Shown here: positions 9,669 through 20,047 of the stretch, piece by piece | Position numbering within the stretch: the first letter of the stretch is position 1 | Layout: each line of letters opens with the position of its first letter | NCBI GenBank assembly: GCA_964588435.1 | Contig: CAZPPI010000002.1 | Location: 3,542-67,541 of the forward strand | DNA length: 64,000 nucleotides | Direction of reading: 5' to 3' | Source of the DNA: an uncultured Gammaproteobacteria bacterium | Lineage (GTDB): Bacteria; Patescibacteriota; Patescibacteriia; Patescibacteriales; UBA12465 | The notes under the pieces: model-generated | Told to the model about the DNA's origin: nothing | Databases searched by the model: none | What the model saw: the letters and a program-made list of their open reading frames with translations, nothing else | Program-made: the position numbers and the translations under genes

Positions 9669-10826
9669 ATGATTTGGATAAATTTTTTACATCTTTACCA
9701 GCCAGCTAATACTGACAATTATCATCTTCAAGAATCGCTTGATAAAAGTTATTGGCGTTTAATTCGTTTGTTAGAAAATAACCCTGAGTTGCGAATGACT
9801 TTTAATGTAAGTGGTTGTTTGTTGGAGCGTCTAGAAAACATGGGTAAACTTGATTTTATTGAAGCTTTAAAAAAATTAAATAATAGTGGACGCTTAGAAC
9901 TTGTTTCTTCGGCTGCTTATCACGGTTTTTTGCCACTCTTACCCGAGGAAGAAGTGAAAAAACAAATAGAGGAAAATGAAATAATTTTAAAGAGGTTTTT
10001 TGGTTCCAATTTTAAAGCTAAGGGATTTTTTTTACCAGAGATGTCTTACTCGCCAGCTTTAGCTAAAATTGTAAAAAGTTTTGGGTATGAGTGGATTATT
10101 TTGGATCAAATATCAGCTGTTTCTGAGCAAATTAATTCAGAACAAATTTTTATTGATGAGGCTAGCGGACTTAAAGTAATTTTTCGTCAACGCGAGTTTT
10201 CTCGAGCTTATCCACCAGATGAAATTTATAAATTGTTAACAGTTAATAAATCGGTAGTAGTTAGCGCGACTGATGCTGAACTTTATGGCTTAAGGCATGA
10301 GGACCCGACCGCTGAAATGGAGAAAGTCGCTGCTGATAAAAGAATTATTACTAAAACTGTTAGTGATTATATTGCTTCTTTTTCATTTGAAAATTTATTA
10401 ACTATAAAATTAAGGGAGTCTTCTTGGGAAAGCGAGGAGGAAGACATTCTTCAAGGGAAACCTTTTATTCTTTGGCAAGATAAAAAAAACATTATTCATC
10501 GTGATCTTTGGCGCTTAGCTAATCTTTCCTTAGGTTTGGGTGAAAAATTTAAAGATGATAAAAATATTGAATGGCACCGTTGGCACTTAGTTAGAGGTCT
10601 AGCTAGTTGTACTTTTTGGTGGGCGAGCGCTAATGATTTTGCTTCCAGTTTTGGACCCTATGCTTGGAACCCTGATATTGTTGAGCGTGGTTTAAACGAT
10701 TTATTGCGTTCAGTTAGAGCAATAGAAGATAAAAAAAGCTTAAGAGACAAATTAAAAGCTGAGGCTTTATGCCTTTGTATTAAAAAAAATTTATGGCGTC
10801 ATCATTGGCTTAAGCATTGGCTTTGA
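9669..10826 (+). CDS. glycoside hydrolase family 57 protein
   Basis: HLYQP motif, FLPE nucleophile region, SCTFWW; follows glgA. Confidence 0.85.
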   Translation: MIWINFLHLYQPANTDNYHLQESLDKSYWRLIRLLENNPELRMTFNVSGCLLERLENMGKLDFIEALKKLNNSGRLELVSSAAYHGFLPLLPEEEVKKQIEENEIILKRFFGSNFKAKGFFLPEMSYSPALAKIVKSFGYEWIILDQISAVSEQINSEQIFIDEASGLKVIFRQREFSRAYPPDEIYKLLTVNKSVVVSATDAELYGLRHEDPTAEMEKVAADKRIITKTVSDYIASFSFENLLTIKLRESSWESEEEDILQGKPFILWQDKKNIIHRDLWRLANLSLGLGEKFKDDKNIEWHRWHLVRGLASCTFWWASANDFASSFGPYAWNPDIVERGLNDLLRSVRAIEDKKSLRDKLKAEALCLCIKKNLWRHHWLKHWL

Positions 10827-10878
10827 AAATTTAGATTTAGTTTTAATAAAAAGAAAGGTTATTAAAGACAGATTATTT

Positions 10879-11922
10879 ATGAATAAAATTTTGCAGTTGT
10901 TAGATGAGGATTTTGTCCGCCAATATTTTGATCGTGAGCTCTTAGCTCTTTATCCAGATTTTTTAAAAATTGTTTCGGTTAAAATAAAACCTTATAAAAA
11001 ATTAATTTGGCAAACAACTTATCATGTCGTTGTCGCTTTTGAAGTTGAGTTTTTAACCAAGAAGAAGGACTTAGAGAGTGTTTTTTTAGTTTGTTCAGCT
11101 CATAGCGAGGAGCCAAGAGAAAATGTTTTTAAGGTTTTAACTTTTCTTCGACAACAGGGATTTGCTAATAACTGGATAGATATTCCTGCCCCTTTGTTTT
11201 TTTCTGAGGAGTTTAAGGGAGTGTTTTACACTGGTTTAAAAGGAGAAAATATTTTAAAGCAAGTGAGAATCGGTGGTGATATTGCTGCAGAAAAAATTGC
11301 TTTAGCGGGAAAACTATTTGCCGCTCTTCATTCTCTGCCTATTCAGGATGCTTCAAGGTTTAATTTGCAAAGGTCTAAGATTGCTAATGTTGTCCCAGGA
11401 GTTGAAGTAATATTGAGAGAAATGTCGCTACGTTATAAGGGCGTTTATGATGAGGATTTAAGAGAATTTTATGATCACTTTATTAATAAGGAAGCTGAAT
11501 TTTTTAAATCTGAAGAAAACTTAACCTTAATTCATGGTGATGCTCATCTAGAAAACATTATTGATACTGGCGTAGGACGCTTAGGTATTATTGATTTTGC
11601 TGATCTTTGCCTTAGTGATTTTGCTAGAGATTTAGGAACCTTTTTACAACAATTAGAATATCGAGCTACCAGTGTTAAAACTGGTTTAAGAAATCCAGAA
11701 GAAAATGCTCGATTTAAAAAAATATTTTTAGATGAATATACTAAAGCTAGGGGTTTGAAATTGGATAAAAATTTAAAAGCTAGAATTAAACTTTATTATG
11801 ATTGGACGATGTTAAGAACGGCAACTTATTTTTTTCTTAAAGCTGAAGTTGAGATTGAACGAGCTGAAGCTTTATTTACTAGAGTGCGAGCTAGTTTTAA
11901 AAAGAATGAGCCAATTATTTAA
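10879..11922 (+). CDS. APH/choline-kinase-like phosphotransferase
   Basis: Brenner motif HGDAHLENI and IIDFAD. Confidence 0.8.
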   Translation: MNKILQLLDEDFVRQYFDRELLALYPDFLKIVSVKIKPYKKLIWQTTYHVVVAFEVEFLTKKKDLESVFLVCSAHSEEPRENVFKVLTFLRQQGFANNWIDIPAPLFFSEEFKGVFYTGLKGENILKQVRIGGDIAAEKIALAGKLFAALHSLPIQDASRFNLQRSKIANVVPGVEVILREMSLRYKGVYDEDLREFYDHFINKEAEFFKSEENLTLIHGDAHLENIIDTGVGRLGIIDFADLCLSDFARDLGTFLQQLEYRATSVKTGLRNPEENARFKKIFLDEYTKARGLKLDKNLKARIKLYYDWTMLRTATYFFLKAEVEIERAEALFTRVRASFKKNEPII

Positions 11923-11939
11923 GATAATTTTTTTTGCCC

Positions 11940-11968
11940 TTGCGAAATTTGGTTAAGACCATTAAAAT
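11940..11968 (+). promoter_or_regulatory. sigma70-type promoter of ftsK
   Basis: TTGCGA-N17-TAAAAT. Confidence 0.55.
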
Positions 11969-12019
11969 TAAAGATAGAGTCGAGATTTTTAAAAATTTTT
12001 GTTAATTTACTACTGTTTT

Positions 12020-14611
12020 ATGTCTAGAAGGAAGAAAAAACAATCAGGCTTTGAAACTATTTCCATGCCATCTCTTGAACTTAGTGATAAGGCAAGAAAA
12101 AGTGTTTTTATTGTTATTTTAGCAGTGTTTGGTCTTATTAGCTTGTTAGGACTTTTTAATTTATCTGGTCATTTTGGTGGTTTTGTTGCTAAATATTTAG
12201 GGCTTATTTTTGGATTTGGAAAGTGGCTAGTACCTTTAATTTTTCTTTATTGGGCTTTAGTTGTGGCTGATAAAATTGGTCATTATTTAAAATTCTCTAA
12301 TTATTTAGGTTTATTTTTGCTATTTGTTTCCTATCAAAGTCTTTTTCATTTTTTTATTACTCAAGAAGCCTGGGAAGCTTCAGCTTTGGCTGGACGAGGA
12401 GGTGGTTATATTGGTTTATATTTAAGCCAAGCAACTAATTATGTTTTTGGTGTTTATGGTGGGGTTATAGTTCTTTTTGCTTTATTTTTAATTGCTTTAG
12501 TTTTAGCTTTTAATACTTCTTTAACAAAAATAATTGGTCGTGAATCTTTTTTGGCTAAAGTTTTTCTTCCTTTGTTTTTATTTTTTCAAGCACTTTTTTC
12601 TGGAAAAAATAAAATTGAGTCTGAAGAAGGGGAAAATGAAAATAAAGAGAGACTTAATGAATCTCAAGAATTTATTGATAATGCTCGAGAAGAAATTTTA
12701 AGTTCTTGGGCAAAAAAAGACATAAATTATTTAAGTGCTGAGGAAGAGAATTCTGGAGAAGATATTAATCCAGCTGCCTTGCATAAAGATGACTTAAAGG
12801 TTCAGGAAAAAATAGTTTGGCCGAAAAAGAGAATTAAGATTGATTTGCCTTTGGAGTTATTAAATAATAAATTTTCCAAAGCAATTGGTGGGGATATTGA
12901 TGTTAATGCTGAAAAGATTAAAAAAACTTTAGAGAAGTTTGGCATTGGGGTTGAGATGGGAGAAACGAAGGTTGGTCCAACGGTAACTCAATATACTTTT
13001 CGTCCAGCTGAGGGAGTTAAGCTTTCAAGAATAACAACTTTAAATAATGATCTTTCCTTATCTTTAGCGGCTCACCCAATTAGAATAGAGGCACCAATTC
13101 CAGGAAAATCTTTGGTTGGGGTTGAAGTTCCTAATAAAGCTAAGGCAATTGTTGGTCTTAGAGAAATTTTGGAAGATGATAACTTTAAAAAACGAAAAAA
13201 TAATTTGATGATTTCTCTTGGTAAAGATGTTGCTGGTATGGCTTGGCTTTATGATTTAACAAAAATGCCCCACTTATTAGTTGCTGGAGCAACTAATTCC
13301 GGTAAGTCAGTTTGTTTAAACGCAATCATTGTTTCTTTACTTTATCAAAATAATCCGGATGATGTGCGCTTTATTATGGTTGATCCAAAACGAGTAGAGC
13401 TCCCAACGTATAATGGAATTCCTCATCTTCTAACCCCAGTTATTACTGATGTTAATAAAACTATTAATGCTTTGAAATGGTGTTTAAATGAGATGGATAG
13501 ACGTTATGATTTATTAAATAAAGCTAATAAAAGAAATATTCAATCTTATAATACGACGACTAAAGAAAAACTGCCTTATATAATATTTATTATTGATGAG
13601 TTAGCCGACTTTATGATGACTAGCGGTAAAGAGATGGAGGCGGCGATTATTCGTTTAGCGCAAATGTCTCGAGCAATTGGAATTCATCTTATTTTAGCAA
13701 CTCAAAGACCAAGCGTTGATGTTATTACTGGTTTGATTAAAGCTAATATTCCAACTCGTATTGCTTTTTCTGTAGCTTCTTTAGTTGATTCTAAGACAAT
13801 TTTAGATTCATCGGGGGCAGAAAAACTTTTAGGTCAGGGGGATATGTTATTTTCTGCAGCTGAGTTTGCTAAACCAAAAAGAATTCAAGGAGCTTATTTG
13901 AGTGATGAGGAAATTAATGATGTTGTTAATTATATTAAAGAAAAAAGTGGTGCAGCTGATTATCTTGAAGGCGTTACTGATAGGCAGAAGGTTAATGGTA
14001 ATGCTGGAGTTGGTTTAGATGGGACTCATGGCGATGAAGACGAATTATTTGAAGAAGCTAAGGAAATAATTATTAAAGCGGGAAAGGCTTCAACTTCAAT
14101 GTTGCAAAGGCGGCTTTCTATTGGCTATGGTCGAGCAGCTAAAATTTTAGATATGCTTGAGGAAAATGGTATTATTGGCGCTTCTAATGGCTCGAAACCA
14201 AGGGAAGTTTTAATTAGTAGTGGGGAATATAATTCGGAAAAAGATTCTTTAAGTGGCATACCAATTCATAATCGGGATAGTTTTAGAGCACCAGAAAGTT
14301 ATTTTTCTTCAAGTCATGATGATGAAGATGATGAAGATGAAGATGGTAGTGATGATGGTATTTTGGTTTTTACTGATGATAGGGGAAATAAGGAAGATGT
14401 GGAAATCGAAACGATAGAAGACGAAGATAATTTGAATAAAAATAGTGAATTTTTATTAGATGAAGAAGAGATCAAAGAAATAGTTAACGATGAAGATGAA
14501 ATTTTAGAAGATATTAGAAACAAAGAAGAGAAAAAACAAGAATCAAATAATTCTACCGACGTAAAACCTTTGCCTTTCGAGGAAGATGATGAGATGTTTT
14601 TTTCTCGTTAA
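12020..14611 (+). CDS. ftsK: DNA translocase FtsK/SpoIIIE
   Basis: N-terminal multi-TM domain, GATNSGKS Walker A, IIDELAD, ATQRPS, gamma domain (STSMLQRRLSIGYGRA), long acidic tail. Start moved to MSRRKK. Confidence 0.97.
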   Translation: MSRRKKKQSGFETISMPSLELSDKARKSVFIVILAVFGLISLLGLFNLSGHFGGFVAKYLGLIFGFGKWLVPLIFLYWALVVADKIGHYLKFSNYLGLFLLFVSYQSLFHFFITQEAWEASALAGRGGGYIGLYLSQATNYVFGVYGGVIVLFALFLIALVLAFNTSLTKIIGRESFLAKVFLPLFLFFQALFSGKNKIESEEGENENKERLNESQEFIDNAREEILSSWAKKDINYLSAEEENSGEDINPAALHKDDLKVQEKIVWPKKRIKIDLPLELLNNKFSKAIGGDIDVNAEKIKKTLEKFGIGVEMGETKVGPTVTQYTFRPAEGVKLSRITTLNNDLSLSLAAHPIRIEAPIPGKSLVGVEVPNKAKAIVGLREILEDDNFKKRKNNLMISLGKDVAGMAWLYDLTKMPHLLVAGATNSGKSVCLNAIIVSLLYQNNPDDVRFIMVDPKRVELPTYNGIPHLLTPVITDVNKTINALKWCLNEMDRRYDLLNKANKRNIQSYNTTTKEKLPYIIFIIDELADFMMTSGKEMEAAIIRLAQMSRAIGIHLILATQRPSVDVITGLIKANIPTRIAFSVASLVDSKTILDSSGAEKLLGQGDMLFSAAEFAKPKRIQGAYLSDEEINDVVNYIKEKSGAADYLEGVTDRQKVNGNAGVGLDGTHGDEDELFEEAKEIIIKAGKASTSMLQRRLSIGYGRAAKILDMLEENGIIGASNGSKPREVLISSGEYNSEKDSLSGIPIHNRDSFRAPESYFSSSHDDEDDEDEDGSDDGILVFTDDRGNKEDVEIETIEDEDNLNKNSEFLLDEEEIKEIVNDEDEILEDIRNKEEKKQESNNSTDVKPLPFEEDDEMFFSR

Positions 14612-14666
14612 TTATTTATTTTCAATTTTTTAAAGATAATTAGTATAAATTAATAATTTTAAATTT

Positions 14667-15029
14667 ATGAATAATTTTGAAAATCCACAAGACATTATTA
14701 ATAAAGAAACTTTGGTTGATGCTGAAAAGTTAGCGCCGATTGAAAATATCAAAATTGTACAAGAACAGTTGGATGAGATAAAAGATAACCTTGAAAAATT
14801 AAAAGTTTTTCAAAAAGAAGTATCTGATGAAATTGATAAACATATTGATAGTTTATCCGATGCTATTAAAAGTCAGGAGCACTATCAAATAGAGTTAAAG
14901 TTGCATGAATTACAAACTGAGTTAACTTTAATTAGTTTAAAAATTAAAGAAAAGGTTGAGCAATTACAACTTATACTTTTATCAATGAATAAAATTAAAG
15001 ATTTAAATCAGGTATCGGTGCAAAATTAA
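14667..15029 (+). CDS. hypothetical coiled-coil protein
   Basis: 120-aa ORF with heptad-like L/I/E/K pattern, tightly linked to murE. Confidence 0.6.
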   Translation: MNNFENPQDIINKETLVDAEKLAPIENIKIVQEQLDEIKDNLEKLKVFQKEVSDEIDKHIDSLSDAIKSQEHYQIELKLHELQTELTLISLKIKEKVEQLQLILLSMNKIKDLNQVSVQN

Positions 15030-15036
15030 ATTTAAA

Positions 15037-16470
15037 ATGCTCAACTTACTTAAAAAATTAATTCCTCAAAAAATTTTTAAAATTATAAGTCCGGCTTATC
15101 ATTTTATTTTGAGTTTTTTTGCTGCTTTTATTTATGGTTTTCCTAGCCATCGATTAATTGTTATTGGTGTTACTGGAACAGCTGGTAAAACTTCAACCGC
15201 TTATTTAATTACGAGGATGTTGACTGACGCTGGTTATAAAACTGGAATGACATCAACTACTATTTTTTCTGATGGAGAAAAGGAATGGCTTAATGATAAA
15301 AAAATGACAATGCCGGGGCGTTTTTTTATTCAAAAACTTTTAAAGAAAATGTTAAAAAACGCTTGTGTTTATGCTATTATTGAAACAACTTCAGAGGGAA
15401 TTAAACAATTTCGCCATCGTTTTATTAATTATGATACAGTTTTATTTACTGGTCTTTATCCAGAGCATATCGAGTCTCATGGTAGCTTTGAAAAATATAA
15501 AAAAGAGAAGGGAAAATTATTTGCTCATTTAAAAAGATGCGGGGTTAAACATTTAGATGAAAATAAGAGGATTGTAAAACCAGGGAGTCAGTTAAAAAAA
15601 TTAGATTTTAAACGGCTTGATAAAACTGTAATTATTAATGGTGATGACGCTGAAGCTGAATATTTTTTGAATTTTTGGTCAGAGGCAAAGATTATTTGTT
15701 CATTTCAGTCTGAAGATTTTTTAGTTGATTTAAAGACTAAGATAAAACCAGAGAACTTAAGCAATGATTTAACTTTTGTTCTTGGTCGTGATGTTGTGGG
15801 AACTGCTCAGGGAACTAGTTTTATTATTAATGATGAAAAGATAAATTTAAAATTGCTTGGTGATTTTAATGCTAAAAACGCAATTAATGCTTATGCTGTT
15901 GGCTTAAATCAAGGTCTTGCTAAAAATCAAATTAAAGTTGGGCTTGAAAGTGTTAGAGCTTTAGCGGGTAAACTTGAAATAGTAGAGCTCGGTCAAAATT
16001 TTAAGGTGATTGTTGATTATTCTTTTGAGCCTAAAGCCCTAGAAAATCTTTATAAAATTATTGATTTAATTCCGCACAATAAATTAATTCATCTTTTAGG
16101 TTCAACTGGGGGTGGGCGCGATAAAGCTCGCCGTCCTATTTTAGGAGCTTTAGCAGCTAAGAGGGCTGACATAATAGTTGTTAGTAATGAGGATCCTTAT
16201 GACGAAGATCCAGCAACTATTATCAATGAAGTTGCTCGTGGCGCGGAGCTTGAGGGTAAAGAATTAGGTAGGAACTTATTTAAAGTTCTAGATCGTCGCG
16301 AGGGCATAAAAAAATCACTAGAATTAGCAGAAAAAGATGATTTAGTTCTTTTTACTGGTAAGGGAGCGGAACAATTTATTTGTCTAGAGAAGGGTAAGAA
16401 AATCCCCTGGAATGAAACTGAGATTGTTAAAGAATTGGTTGTGGAAAAGATGTGTATTGACAAAAAATAA
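15037..16470 (+). CDS. murE: UDP-N-acetylmuramyl-tripeptide synthetase (MurE-like)
   Basis: GVTGTAGKTST, ETTSEG, EHIESHG, GGGRDK, TGKGAE. Confidence 0.88.
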   Translation: MLNLLKKLIPQKIFKIISPAYHFILSFFAAFIYGFPSHRLIVIGVTGTAGKTSTAYLITRMLTDAGYKTGMTSTTIFSDGEKEWLNDKKMTMPGRFFIQKLLKKMLKNACVYAIIETTSEGIKQFRHRFINYDTVLFTGLYPEHIESHGSFEKYKKEKGKLFAHLKRCGVKHLDENKRIVKPGSQLKKLDFKRLDKTVIINGDDAEAEYFLNFWSEAKIICSFQSEDFLVDLKTKIKPENLSNDLTFVLGRDVVGTAQGTSFIINDEKINLKLLGDFNAKNAINAYAVGLNQGLAKNQIKVGLESVRALAGKLEIVELGQNFKVIVDYSFEPKALENLYKIIDLIPHNKLIHLLGSTGGGRDKARRPILGALAAKRADIIVVSNEDPYDEDPATIINEVARGAELEGKELGRNLFKVLDRREGIKKSLELAEKDDLVLFTGKGAEQFICLEKGKKIPWNETEIVKELVVEKMCIDKK

Positions 16471-16485
16471 AAAATATAATAATAT
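16457..16485 (+). promoter_or_regulatory. sigma70-type promoter of rpoBC
   Basis: TTGACA-N17-TAATAT overlapping the end of murE. Confidence 0.7.
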
Positions 16486-16630
16486 AAGTTTATCTTAACA
16501 CTTTTTTAGCTTTTAAAAAAAGTGATTTATCAAAAAAATAGTTAACTTAATAAAGTGAAACTCGAGCCATGTTTGGGGTGGGGTTTTTTGTGTTGAGTAA
16601 TTTTTTTTATTTTCTAATTAAACACATATT

Positions 16631-19600
16631 ATGTCCAATATTATGTCCAAGAGGAAATCATTTTCTGACTCTTTGTCAACTGTGCCAATGCCTGATTTGA
16701 TTGAAATTCAAACTGATTCTTATAAATGGTTTCTAAAAGAAGGTTTAGCTGAACTTTTTGATGAAATAAATCCAGTGACTGATTTTATTGGTCGTGATTT
16801 AGAATTATATTTTGATGACTACTATTTTGATGAACCAAAATTTTCTGAAATTGAAAGTCGTGATAAAAATATTACTTATGAAGCACCTCTTCGTATTAAG
16901 GCAAGGTTATTAAATAAAAAAACCGGTAAAGCGATTAATCAGGAAATTTTTTTAGGTGATTTTCCTTTAATGACTGGTAATGGAACTTTTATTATTAATG
17001 GGATTGAAAGAGTTATTGTTTCTCAACTTATCCGCTCGGCTGGAGTTATGTTTACCTCTGAATTCATTAAAGGAAAGAAAACTTATGGGGCGAAGATTAT
17101 CCCTAATCGAGGAGCTTGGTTAGAGATTGAAACTGATGCTAATAAAGTTCTTTGGGTTAGAATTGATCGCAAAAGAAAGGTTGCTGCCACCTCTTTGTTA
17201 AGAGCTTTTGGTTATTCAAGTGATGAAGAAATTAAAAAATTATTTGTTGATGTTGATTTAGTTAAAAATGAAGAAGAGCCAACCTTTATTGATGCGACAA
17301 TTGAAAAAGATGCGGCTAAAGATGAGGCTGAAGGTTTACAGGAAGTTTATCGTCGTATTCGTCCAGGAGATTTAGCTTCAGCTGAAAATGCTAAGCAACT
17401 TATTTATTCAATGTTTTTTCGTTTTGATCGTTATGACTTCGGGCGCGTTGGTCGTTATAAATTAAATCGTCGTTTTGGCTTAGATTTATCAGCCACAAAA
17501 AAAGAAAACAGAATTTTACGTCGTGAAGACTTAACTTTAATTTTAAAGGAAGTAATTAGATTAAATATTACTAAAGAACCAGAAGATGATATCGATCACC
17601 TTGGTAATCGTCGTATCAGGGCGATTGGCGGTTTAATTCAAAATCGTTTCCGGGTTGGGCTAGCTCGAATGGAAAGAATTATTAAAGATAGGATGTCAAC
17701 TTCTGATGTTTCTTCTTTAACTCCTTCAAAATTAGTTAATGCTCGTCCAGTTATTGGAGTTGTTCGTGAATTTTTTATGTCCTCCCAATTGTCTCAATTC
17801 ATGGATCAAACTAATCCTTTAGCAGAACTTGAACATAAGCGCCGTTTATCAGCTATGGGACCTGGTGGTTTAACTAGAGAAAGAGCTGGTTTTGATGTTC
17901 GTGATGTACATACTACTCACTATGGACGTATCTGTCCGATTGCTACTCCAGAAGGTCCAAATATTGGTTTAGTTGGTCACTTGGCGAGTTATGCTCGTTT
18001 AAATGTTTATGGTTTTTTAGAAGCTCCATATAAAAAAGTTATTCATGATAAAAAGGGTGCTTATGTTACTGATGAGATTGTTTATCTTGATGCTTTTGAA
18101 GAAGAAAAATATATTACAGCTGATGCTACTATTCCGACCGACAAGAATGGAAGATTTTTGGTAACAAAATTTGAGGTCAGAAAAAACGGTGAACCGGGAA
18201 TGGAAGATGTTAATAAAATTGATTTTGTCGGCGTCGCTGCTAATCAGATTATTTCTATTGCCACCTCTTTAGTCCCTTTCATGGAACATAACGATGGTCA
18301 AAGATCTTTGATGGGAACAAACATGCAACGTCAAGCCGTTCCTCTATTGAAAACTGAGGCCCCAATTGTTGGTACTGGGGTTGAAGCCCGAGCGGCGATA
18401 GACAGTGGCCACGTTGTTATTGCTTCTGAAGATGGGGAAATTACGGCCGTTGATGGAGCTTCGATTGAATTAACTAATAAAAAAGGAGAAAAACAGCTTT
18501 ATACTTTGAATAAATTTTTACGATCTAATTACTCAACCTGTCTAAATCAGCATCCGATTGTTAGTGTTGGCGATAAGGTTAAAAAGGGTGATGTTATTTC
18601 CGATGGTCCAGCAATTGATAATGGTGAATTGTCTTTAGGAAAAAATATTCTTGTTGCCTTTATGACCTGGGAAGGCTTTAATTATGAAGATGCGGTTGTT
18701 ATTTCTGAGAGGATGGTTAAAGATGATGTTTATTCTTCAATCCATATTGAAAATTATGTAATTGATGTTCGTGATACCAAGCTTGGTCCAGAAGTTATTA
18801 CTAATGATATTCCTAATATTTCTGAAGAGAAATTGAAAAATCTTGATGAGGATGGAATTATTAGAATCGGTGCTAAAGTTTCAAGCGGTGATATCTTGGT
18901 TGGTAAAATTACACCAAAAGGAGAAACAACTTTATCAGCTGAAGAAAAATTATTAAGAGCAATTTTTGGTGATAAAGCTAAGGATGTTCGTGACTCCTCT
19001 TTATACTTAGAGCATGGTGAACATGGGAAAGTTGTTGATATTAAAGTTTTCTCTCGTGAAGAGGGTGATAAATTATCGGCTGGTGTTTTGCAATCAATTA
19101 GAGTTTCCGTTGCTAATTTAAGAAAAATTCAAGTTGGTGATAAAATGTCTGGTCGTCATGGAAATAAGGGGGTTATCTCTCGGGTTGTACCAATTGAAGA
19201 TATGCCTTTTATGGCTGATGGTACTCCGATTGATGTAATTTTATCTCCACTTGGTATTATTTCTCGTATGAATTTGGGTCAGTTGCTTGAAACTCATCTT
19301 GGTTTTGCTGCTAAGAAGAATGGTTATAAAGTTATGACACCAGCTTTAAATGGTATTAAAGAACAGGATATTAGAGATGAACTTAGAAAAGCTGGCTTAC
19401 CTGAGGATGGAAAAATTACACTTTTTGATGGAAAGAGTGGTGAAGCTTATGATCATAAAATCACTGTTGGTTATAAATATATGCTTAAACTTAATCATAT
19501 GATTGAGGATAAGATTCACCAACGTTCAATTGGTCCCTACTCATTAATTACCCAACAACCTTTAGGAGGAAAAGCTCAATCAGGTGGTCAAAGATTTGGA

Positions 19601-20017
19601 GAAATGGAAGTTTGGGCGCTTGAGGGTTATGGGGCTGCTCATACTTTACAGGAAATGTTAACAATTAAATCTGATGATGTCCCAGGACGAAGTAAAGCCT
19701 ATGAAGCAATTATTAAAGGCGAGGAAATTGAGAAGTTAAATGTTCCTGAATCTTTTAATGTTTTAATTCGTGAGCTTAAAGGTTTGGGTCTTAATGTTGA
19801 TCTTCTTGGTGGTGACGGGCAAATTGCTTCCGAGGTTTTGACCGAACTTGATAGTGATTTTCAAGAAAAAGAAAAGACGGAATATAAAGATTTAAAAGAA
19901 GTTGCTTCTGAAGAGGCGGCTTTAGTTATTGCTGATGAGGGTGTCTTTGAAGATGAGCTTGGGGAAAATGAAGAACCGATTGTTGAGGATGAGAATGTAG
20001 CGGAAGAGTTAGAATAA
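16631..20017 (+). CDS. rpoB: RNA polymerase beta subunit
   Basis: SQLSQFMDQ, TPEGPNIGL, GDKMSGRHGNKG, GGQRFGEME. Confidence 0.99.
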   Translation: MSNIMSKRKSFSDSLSTVPMPDLIEIQTDSYKWFLKEGLAELFDEINPVTDFIGRDLELYFDDYYFDEPKFSEIESRDKNITYEAPLRIKARLLNKKTGKAINQEIFLGDFPLMTGNGTFIINGIERVIVSQLIRSAGVMFTSEFIKGKKTYGAKIIPNRGAWLEIETDANKVLWVRIDRKRKVAATSLLRAFGYSSDEEIKKLFVDVDLVKNEEEPTFIDATIEKDAAKDEAEGLQEVYRRIRPGDLASAENAKQLIYSMFFRFDRYDFGRVGRYKLNRRFGLDLSATKKENRILRREDLTLILKEVIRLNITKEPEDDIDHLGNRRIRAIGGLIQNRFRVGLARMERIIKDRMSTSDVSSLTPSKLVNARPVIGVVREFFMSSQLSQFMDQTNPLAELEHKRRLSAMGPGGLTRERAGFDVRDVHTTHYGRICPIATPEGPNIGLVGHLASYARLNVYGFLEAPYKKVIHDKKGAYVTDEIVYLDAFEEEKYITADATIPTDKNGRFLVTKFEVRKNGEPGMEDVNKIDFVGVAANQIISIATSLVPFMEHNDGQRSLMGTNMQRQAVPLLKTEAPIVGTGVEARAAIDSGHVVIASEDGEITAVDGASIELTNKKGEKQLYTLNKFLRSNYSTCLNQHPIVSVGDKVKKGDVISDGPAIDNGELSLGKNILVAFMTWEGFNYEDAVVISERMVKDDVYSSIHIENYVIDVRDTKLGPEVITNDIPNISEEKLKNLDEDGIIRIGAKVSSGDILVGKITPKGETTLSAEEKLLRAIFGDKAKDVRDSSLYLEHGEHGKVVDIKVFSREEGDKLSAGVLQSIRVSVANLRKIQVGDKMSGRHGNKGVISRVVPIEDMPFMADGTPIDVILSPLGIISRMNLGQLLETHLGFAAKKNGYKVMTPALNGIKEQDIRDELRKAGLPEDGKITLFDGKSGEAYDHKITVGYKYMLKLNHMIEDKIHQRSIGPYSLITQQPLGGKAQSGGQRFGEMEVWALEGYGAAHTLQEMLTIKSDDVPGRSKAYEAIIKGEEIEKLNVPESFNVLIRELKGLGLNVDLLGGDGQIASEVLTELDSDFQEKEKTEYKDLKEVASEEAALVIADEGVFEDELGENEEPIVEDENVAEELE

Positions 20018-20047
20018 AATATTTTTCATAAATTAAGATCATAATAT

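Noticed and set aside
10824-10826. TGA recoding (genetic code 25)
   Set aside because: TGA ends GH57, murJ and VirB6 at sensible positions, and long genes are intact under code 11.
14318-14357. GAT/GAA trinucleotide run as a CRISPR or contingency repeat
   Set aside because: Imperfect, in frame, and simply encodes the acidic FtsK tail. No repeat-spacer array was seen anywhere in the window.
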